A stretch of DNA of 21,640 nucleotides from Parvularia atlantis (Eukaryota), in assembly GCA_943704415.1 (NCBI GenBank), contig CALSCO010000090.1, positions 62,001-83,640 of the forward strand, in the 5' to 3' direction. The notes below the pieces were generated by a model. It had not been told where the DNA came from and searched no databases. It saw only the letters and a program-made list of their open reading frames with translations. Of the stretch, positions 10,971-19,900 are shown piece after piece (the stretch's first letter is position 1; every line of letters begins with the position of its first letter). Made by a program: the position numbers and the translations under genes.

Positions 10971-13900
10971 ATGGCCGCGGCGTCGGACGAGGCGCCGGCG
11001 CAATACGCGCCGCTCTCGATCGGCCTCCCGACGCTGGTCGACGACCGGCGCCGCGTCTGGTACTTTTACGACGGTGCGCGCGGGCAGCTGCCGTGCGCCT
11101 CACGTGCGCTGAGCGCGGGGCGCGCAGCCGACCTCGCCAACTTCTCGTACGGCCGCGGGCACCCGACGCAGCCGCACCGTCTGCGCGTGCTGCACGCCGT
11201 GCTAGCCAACTACGGGCTGCTGCACCGGCTGCAGGTCATCGTACGTGACGCGCACGCGAGGTCAGGGCGGGCACGTGGGCGCTGAGCACGGCCGCGCGCG
11301 CGCGCGAGACGCAGAAGCCGCCGCGCGCCTCGTTCGACGACCTGACCAAGTTCCACACGGACGCGTACATCGACTATCTGCGCGCGCTCACGGTCAACGC
11401 GGGCGAGGACGTGTACGACGAGGGCCCGCGCTGTGTGTGCCGCGCAGTTGGTGTGCCGATGTGAACCCCTCACGCCGCGCGCGCGCGCTACACAGGGAAC
11501 ATTGACGACGACCGCGACTGTCCCTTCATGGACGGCGCCTTCGAGTACGCGCAGATCTACGCCGGTGGCTCGATTAGTGCGCCGCGCCCTGCACACGCAC
11601 GCACGCGTGCACGCAGCGCACGGACGGCTCATCACGCCCGCGCCAGCCGCCGCCCGTGCGCTCACGACCCTCTCGACCGATCTCGCCATCCACTGGGGCG
11701 GCGGGCTCACGCACAGCAGCCGCGACCAGGCCGGCGGGTTCAGCTACGTCAACGACGCCGTGTTGGCCGTGCTCGAGCTGCTGACGTGCGCCGCGCCGCC
11801 TGCCCGGCTGCCCGCCCGCACTCGCTGTGACCCGTCCGGACGCAGGCGCTTCCAGCGCGTGCTCTATGTCGACATGGACATGTACCACTGCGACGCGGTC
11901 GAGGAGGCGTTCTACACGACCGACCGCGTCATGACCGTGTCGCTGCACAAGTACTCGGGCACGGCGTACCCGGGCACGGGCGACATCAGCGTGCGCGCCC
12001 TGACTGCGCGCACCAATCGGTCGGAAGTGACACGCGCGGGCGGCAGGACGTTGGCTACGGCAAGGGCAAGTACTGCGCGGTCAACATGCCGCTCAACGCG
12101 GGTACCGATGACGACATGTACGAGTACGCCTTCAAGCGCGTCGTCGGTGCCGCGCGCGACGCCTTTCAGCCGGACGCCGTCGTGCTCGTCGCCAGTCCGT
12201 CTATTCTCGCCAGCGAGCGCTACAACGCGTTCAACCTGACGCTCAAGGGTGTGAGCACGCGGGGACGCGCAGGCCGCTTATCACTCACTCACACGGGCGC
12301 ACGGGCGCTCACAGGTCACGGCCACTGCGTCAAGTTTGTGACGGGCTTCGGCTTGCCCACGCTCGTGCTCGGCGGAGGGCCGACCGTGGCAACCAACGCC
12401 GTGCGGCTGTGGACATACCTGACGGCCAAGCTGCTGCGCGTGCCGATCGCGAACGGTGTCCTGGGCGCTGTGGCTGCGCGCCCCGCCGCTCATGCGTGCG
12501 CTGCAGATATCCCATTCAACGAGTACTATGACTACTTTGCGCCGCGGTACAAGCTGGCCGTGGATGCGCGCCTGATGACCAACATGAACACCAAGACGGC
12601 CATCGACGCGTACATGTGCGCGCTGCCTCCCGCCAGAGCGCGCGCTCTGCTGACGCGCGCACCAGCGCCAAGATCCTCGAGAACCTTGCGCAGGTTAAGC
12701 CGCCCTCGGCCACCAAGCCGCTGCCGGCCGAGCTGACAGGTGCGCGAGCCGCCCCCCCAGCGGCTACGTACGTGCACGTGGTAGCTGAGCGAATGAGCGC
12801 GCGCGCGCAGCCGAGCAGCGCAAGCACGACATCCTCGGACTGATGTCGGTCAACGTCGTTGCGGCGTTTATTGCGCCGGCGCGGCCGCGCCCGGCGTCGG
12901 GCGAGCTGCTCGGGCGCAAGTTCTCGTCGTCGTCCGCGGCCTTTGGGCGGCACAGCCCAGCCATCGCCGACGTCGCTGCCCCGTCCGCAGTATCGGACGT
13001 GGACGCGCAGGCGCTGGCGTCGGCTGCGGGCGCTGCGGCCTCGCCGCCCAAGCCAGACGCTCAGCAGCAGCGCGACAACGCGGTGCACGCGATGGCAGAG
13101 CCGGCGCTGGCGCTGCTCGCGGCCAGTGTGGCGTCGTCGCCCAAGGCGGCCGAGGTCGACGCGGCGATGCAGGCCGACGCCCTGAGCCTGCTCGACACGG
13201 CGCAGCAGCTGCAGAAGGAGGCCGAGTCGGATGCGAGCGCGATCGAGAGCCTGCAGCACCTGCGCGACACGCAGACGGACGCGCAGGGCCAGGTGCGCAA
13301 GCGCAAGTTTGGCGGCGCTGCGGACGAGGAGGACGACGAGGAGAGTGTGAGCGAGGAGGAGCGCGAGGACGAGGACGAGGAGGAAGAGGAGGAGGAGGAC
13401 GAGGAGGAAGAGGAGGACGAAGACGAGGGCGAGGAAGAGGACGAGGGCGACGTGGAGGGCGACGAGACGGGTGGCGCCGTGACCGCGGACGTGGCCGGCG
13501 GGGTGCAGGCAACGCGCAAGCGCGCGCGCGCGGACGACCGCGTGCGCTTCACACACGTCGACGCGGCCGGTGAGGGTGTGCGCGTGGACGCGGGCGAGCA
13601 GGACATTGAGGCCGACGGGCAGGGTCTGGACGAGGACGAGGGCGGTGAGGGCGACGAGTACGCGGACGACGATGACATCGAAGAGGGCGCTGCGGCGGGC
13701 GATCGGAGCGCTACCGCGCGCCGGCGGCCATCGTCGTCGCAGCGTCCGAGCCTTATGTCGTGGATGGTTGACTCGCAGCCGGACGAGCACAAGAACGGTG
13801 ACGTGGACGACGACGACGACGACGCCGACGAGGATGAAGAGGAGGACGAGGAGCGGGAGGTGCGCGCATGGTCGCATGTGCGACGCGGCACGTCTTGACG

Positions 13901-14050
13901 GGGTCGGTCGCACGCTGCCAGTCGGCGGGCAGCCGTCTCGCGCGTCGGCCAAGTCTGCTCCCGTCGTACAACGCGAGCGTGGCCGCCGCGAGGCCGCTGG
14001 CCGACGACGAGGAGGAGGACGACGACGAGGGGAGTGACATGGAGAGCTGA
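10971..14050 (+). CDS. Rpd3/HDAC1-like class I histone deacetylase homologue with degenerate active site and long acidic C-terminal tail (probable pseudoenzyme)
   Basis: Spliced reading [183 protein letters not shown]. This is collinear with HDAC1, and the frame stays open across GT-AG introns. Last exon 13922-14050. Confidence 0.9.
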
Positions 14051-14098
14051 GCGCAAACATGTGCTGCCGTGCGTGCGTGCGTGCTTGCTTGTACAGAG

Positions 14099-16863
14099 TC
14101 ACTGCGGCCGCCGGAGCGAATACAGGCCGCTGCTGACGGCCAGCCGGTCGTCGCGCACGAGCCGGCCGAGGTACGCCTGGAGCTGGTCAGGCGTCCACTC
14201 GTACCGGTTGGGCGCCTGCAGGGGCGGGCGTGACTGAGCTAGCGCGCGAACAGGCGACCGCGCCGCGCACCTGCACAAACATCGTCAGCATGCTGTGGAT
14301 TCGGTCGCACGGCAGGGCGCCGAGGTTGTTGAGCATGTTGTAGATCACGAGCCAGTACAGGTTCTCGGCTTCGTCCGCGCCGCCGCCGCCCGCACCGCCG
14401 CTGCCATCCGCGCTCGTCCCGGACGTGTCCATCGCGTCGTCCTCCTGCAGTGCGACGCCTGGCGCGCGTGCCTCGTCGTCAGGGGTGAGCAAAGCGGGTG
14501 GCCTCTGCGACACACGTCGGACGGACGCGTCGTGCGGGCGCTCCTCCACCACTGCGTACGTCCCCGGCGGCTCCTCGCACAGCACGCCCTGGCCGATCCA
14601 GAACGCGAGGCGCTTTTGCAGCGCGGTCGGGTTCATGCCGAGCTCGTTGGCCAGCTCGTTGAGCGTCGCCTGGGCTGCACGCCGCACGGTTCAGCACACC
14701 GCGCACCGTGCACCGCACGCGGCGGCACGCACAGCGCGACTCATGAAAGGCGCCGATGACCGCGGCCTGCACGGGTGGGACGGTGATGTCGAGCGTGCGG
14801 TCGCGGAACGTGAGCGAGAGCTGCACCGAGCCCAGCCCGTTCATCCACTCGAGCTTGCGCGCCGGCTTGAGTGCGGTGAACTGCTTCTCGTAGCGGTCGG
14901 CGACCCTGCGCGCGCGCCACCCTTGAGTGCTCGGCGCACGGGCACGCTCAAGCAAGGCACGTACTCGCGCAGCACGGGCGAGTAGGTGACCTCGTCGCGC
15001 CGCAGCGCCGGCCAAAATAGGCGCGACAGGATGTGCGCGTGCAGCGGCACGTTGGCCTCCTGTTCACACGCCGTGAGTGCAGTCAACCCAGCCGCGTGCA
15101 CCACCGCCCACGCACCGCCTGGTGGATATGGTTGTCGACGCGCTTCGAGTCGGCGATGTCCTTGATCATGACCTCGCACGTGTGCAGGGCGCTGTCGCCG
15201 AAGCGCAGCTTGAGCAGTTCGAGGCTGCGCACCTGCGCCGGCCACCAGCACGGGGTCAGACGCGCTCACGGCGTGCCTGCACGCGGCGCACCTCGCGATC
15301 CGTGTCGTAGTCGGTCAGCACGACGAGGCGGTCGGCCAGCAGAGACTGGTACACACGCACGAAGACGTCCTTGCTGCCGTAGATGCTCACGAGCTTGGAG
15401 ATGACGTCGGCAGAGCGGCGGCTGGCCGATGTCTTGGCTGCGACCGCGCGTTTCAGCGACGCTCGACACACGCATGCACGCGCACGCACTGAGGTCGGCG
15501 TCGACCGGGTCAGGCAGCCAGTTGTCGTCCTCGTAGTCACTCAGGTCGTGCGCGCCGTCGTCGATAAAGTCCGAGGGCGCGTCCGCAGACTGCTGCAGCT
15601 CCTTGGACAGGCCGTCGTCGCTCGTGAGCGAGGTGATGATGCAGCGGATCGCGTCGTCGCGCTTGCTGCAGCCGGGCGCGTCAACCTCATGGCACCCAGC
15701 GACGCACACGCGACGGTACCGCAGGTACTGGCGCACGGGCTCGCCGACCTGCTCGAGGCAGATGCCGGACGGGTCCAGCTCCTGCAGCGTCTTGATCGTG
15801 TTGATGTACTGCAGCAGGATGTCGTTCGTGCTCGCGCCCGGATGCAGCAGGCGCCGCTGGAAGCTGTGCACGCGCCGTCATGCACGCACGCGGCATGCAC
15901 GGCGACGCACGTGGCCTTGAGCGACGCGATCAGGTATGCCTGCTGCTCGGCCGTTGTGAGCGTCGCCTGCGCGATCCCTCCGTCAGCCGCCAGCGCCGCA
16001 TGCCGCTGTCGGGCGCACCTTGAGGTCGTTGATCGCGGCCTTGCTCGACTCGTAGTCGACGATGATCTCAAACAGTTGGTGGATCCTGCACGCACGCGCG
16101 CACAGCGTCAGGGCGGCGAGCGCACGCGTGATGAGGGGGCCGGACGTGCCGCTGCCGTGCGACCGTCTCGCGGAGCTGGTCCGCCAGCCGCGCCTCGACA
16201 CGCGGCCCCTCGTCTGCGCGGCCGCCGTGAGCGCACGAACGTCACAGACGCATACCCGCACACACCTGCCGTGAACAGCCTCAGCTGCACCAGCCACGGC
16301 ACAATCGCCCCGCGCAGCCATCGCTGCGACGCGTCCAGCGCCGACGCCTCCAGGCTCGCCTCGCACAGCGCGCGCACTTTGCCCTCGATCAACGCGCGCA
16401 CGGTCGCGTCAAACGTCCTGCCGTGCGTGCACGCCGTCAGTCGCCCGCACGCGCGCACAGGCCGGCCGGCGCACTCGTCCACGATCGGCGCGGCGTGCAG
16501 CGCGCGCAGCAGGCCCAGCACGCGCGCGACGGCGTCCACGTCGATGCTGTCACCTTCACCGCTGTCGACTTCGTCGTCGCCTTTGTCGTCGTTGTCCGGT
16601 GCGACCGCGCGCAGGCTCCGCGTGAGCAGCTCGCGCACGACGTCGCCCAGCGCCGCCGGCCGGTGCAGCACAAGCAGCGCCTGCACGGCGCGCGCCTGCG
16701 GGTCCCGCACGTCGGCCGGCGGCAGCTGCGCCACGGCCCCGCGCAGCGCCGCCTCGAGCGTCGCCAGCCCCGCCGGCCCGGCCTCGCGCGCCCGCTCGAC
16801 GTGCGCGCGCCACCGCGGCAGCAGCTCGGCGCGCACTGCGCTCACGCTCACGGTCGCCGCCAT
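14099..16863 (-). CDS. ANAPC2: Anaphase-promoting complex subunit 2 (cullin homology + C-terminal winged helix), multi-exon
   Basis: LFEIIVDYESSKAAINDLK, RRLLHPGASTNDILLQYINTIKTLQELDPSG, VRQYLR..RDDAIRCII, WLPDPVDA, DVISKLVSIYGSKDVFV, LELLKLRFGDSALHTCEVMIKDIADSKR, ILSRLFWP, KPARKLEW, YNMLNNLGALPCDRIHSMLTMF. TGA 14099-14101. First in-frame ATG 16863 (start less certain). Confidence 0.93.
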
Positions 16864-16930
16864 TGCTCTGTCGCAGACCTCGAATTTCGCAATTTGGCGG
16901 CTCCCGGCCACAGACAGATCACTAGGCCTA

Positions 16931-19900
16931 CTATTCGCGCTCTTTCCGCTTCCCAGGAGACGTGACGCTGTCGTTCGTGTGCGAGGAGCTTACTTCGAAA
17001 GCTTGCTCTGGTAGCAACAGCTGCCGCGAAGTTGAAGGTGATGATGAACCAGCGGCCGCCTGCCAGTGTGTCGGAACGATTACCGCGGCGGTCCTCGCAC
17101 TAACTGGCACACTCCTGGTCGCCTGTGCTCTAGGCCGCGGTGTATATGTCCTGCGAGGCTGTGTAGGAGGAGCGGGAGCAGGTGACGCACGCGGCGCCAC
17201 TTGGCGCTCTGGGTCTGGCACGCCGAACAGCAGCTGAGCGTTTGCGCCGTCAATGGTGATGGTTGCCTGATACGGCAATTCGATCTCGTCTCGCACGGCA
17301 TCCAGATGAGAGACAACAACGATGCTCCTGTAGAGACCAGTTCGGAGCAGCTGGTGGAGCACGTCACCCGTGCGCAGCAGATTTGCGCGATCGCAGGCCG
17401 TGAAACCCTCGTCAATAAAAAGGTGGCTTAGCCGCGTGCCCGTACGACCTAGAGCAGCCAGTGCGCGCCTCATCGCAAGCCCGACAATAAACTGCTGGTA
17501 GCCGCTGGCAGAGTAGAACGGCGTCTGAACGTCCTTGTAGACGACATGTGTGTGGAAGTATGTTTCACGGTACTCCATCTCCATGCGTAGACTTGGGTCG
17601 ACCGTCGACAAAAAGTCGTTGACTTGCTGCTTAAGCAAAGGGATGACAGCCCGCTGATACACCCACGACAGGAACGAGTCGTCGCTGGTTTTCGCCTCCT
17701 TGGCAGCTCCACGGTGCTTTTGCATGGTTTTGACACCAAAAAGCTGATAGAGCGCTCTGCAGTCGTCGCGCGCTTGCGTCCACTTTTTGTAGATATCAGC
17801 GCACGCTAAAAGTTCTTTCTCCTGCATTCGCTTGATCCTTGCAGAGTCGTTGTTCCACGCATGGACTTGCTGCTGTAGTTGCGACAGCTCTTCTTGCAGC
17901 CGCGCCTGGCTGAACCGCTGCGAGTGCAATTCCAGAGCTGCGCGCGTTTTGCGCAGAGCCGACGAGCAACTTATGAGCACCACGATGCTCTTCTTGCGAG
18001 CAGACAAGCTTCGTGCTTTCAGAACCTTGCTGATAGTCTCGGATTCCTTTGTGTGCGCTTCCGTAGACAAAGCAAGACTGGTTTCCACGCCACCAGTAGG
18101 CTCTTCTGCCGCGCGCTGTACAGCCCACTGCAGCAGTTCCAGCTGACCCTCAAGTTTTAAAAGAGCATGTAGATCCGAGTCGTCGCCGGTGCTAAATGGC
18201 GGCTCGTGCTTGACGTCAAGCCTGAGGTGTGCCGACGCAGTGCCACTTGTTGCATTCATGCCCGCGTACGGCTTCCACTGTGCACCTTCTTCCAAAACCA
18301 GAAGCTCGTCAGACTCATGTACTTGTGCGCTGTGCCAGTGCTGTGCCGGGTCATTCCTTCTGGCACGCTCAGCCGCCACACGACGCTGTCGCACGCTCTC
18401 GAGGCGATCAGCAACATCAGTCACTGCATTTAGCTGGTTAACTTGCAGATCCGCGCAGCGTTCGTTGATGAACGACAGCAATGACAGAGGGTCTGGAGCA
18501 CTAGAATGCACTGGGGCGGCCGCTCGGGCGATGACACTCAAGGCCTCGGCTTCACGCTCTTCCCTTAGTTTTTCTTGCATTCTGGCCTGCAGCTGCGCGT
18601 CTGACTCGTCAGGAAACATGCTGGCAAAGTCCGCTAAGTTCTGCAGTTCCACTTCAGCACGTGATTGCGCCATGATCAGTTCTTTAAGGCCGTCTGACTC
18701 TGCGAAAATTCCCTGCATGTCAAGGAGACATTTCGCCTTAGCTTCTTCAGCTCGTCGCAAACTGTCATTTAGAAGATGGACGGAATATTGCGGCTGTGCG
18801 AACTCGTGTGCTGCATTCTCCAGTCGTGCAATGGACATGTTCTGCTCCATAAGCTGTCGTTGAGTCTGCAACAGCTTTCCCTGCAGTTCCGCACGGCGCT
18901 CTTCGTCGCGATCGGCCTCGTTCACGGTCGATGGCAGCACGCGCTGCGTGTCCATGTCCGTTCCAGCGCTTGCAACACTTTCATCTTGGAATGCAGTAAT
19001 GATATCCCTCGCAGTGTCGGCGCTGGAAGGCAACCGAATGTCGGGAAACGCCCGCTGATAAGCACCTAGTTTGTCATCCATGACTTTTTTGGCCTCATTG
19101 CACAGGCGCTCGTACGCGTTGTTGGCGGCATGCAAGAGCTCGCTGTAAGCCGTGAGCTTGCGCAGATCAACAGCCTCGTCAATCAGTTCAATTTGCTCCT
19201 TGATGTCCGCGGAGAAGAAGTTGTCGCGGTCGACTTGGGCCATCATGGTGGTTCGCAGCATGCCTTTAATGGATCCGATGTGCTCAGTGACCCACTTTTT
19301 CACGGCCGCTCCGCTTGACACTCGTTCGACGTCATTGCCACCACGCAGCAGCCACAACTCGGCGTCAGTGGTGACAGACTGAGCTTGCGACTGGCCGCCC
19401 GTACGCATGAACTTGCGGGACAGTTCGTAGTGCCGGCTGTCGATAGCAAAAGTGATGGTCGTCCATGCAAAACGTCCCTGCGGGCATCTATTGTTGACAT
19501 AGTCAGCTGCTCCCTGTGCTGCGCCCTTCGACCCGGACGTCCGATTTGATCCAGTTTCACCAAATAGAGCTAGACATATAGCATCTAAAAAGGAAGACTT
19601 CCCGGAAGCGTTGGGACCGTTCACAATGCCGACCTGATTCTCCAACGTGGTGAAGTCAAAGTGATTCTGATCTCCGTAGCCAAAGAGCCAGGCCCATGCC
19701 AACTTAGTCAGCTGCACCGCATGCCTCCGCGAACTGTCTTGCAACGTCGCTTGCAATTCGGCAGCGGCCTTGCTTACGGCTCCAGCGCTCTGATTATTCT
19801 TCACACCAGTGAGGACTTGTGACAGCTCCGGAACGCGCGACGCGTCCATATTATTAGGCAGCAGCGAGTGCGTGCTGACATCGGCGTCTGGATCCAGGTG

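Noticed and set aside
10971..14050. HDAC as a decayed pseudogene
   Set aside because: No stops or frameshifts after splicing, splice signals intact, host-like codon usage, and structural motifs conserved.
12516..14102. Long antisense ORFs (528 aa Leu/Val-rich; 331 aa poly-Ser), also 15383-17014 and 9618-10673
   Set aside because: Shadow frames of GAG/GAC-rich or GC-rich coding exons on the opposite strand; no recognisable motifs.
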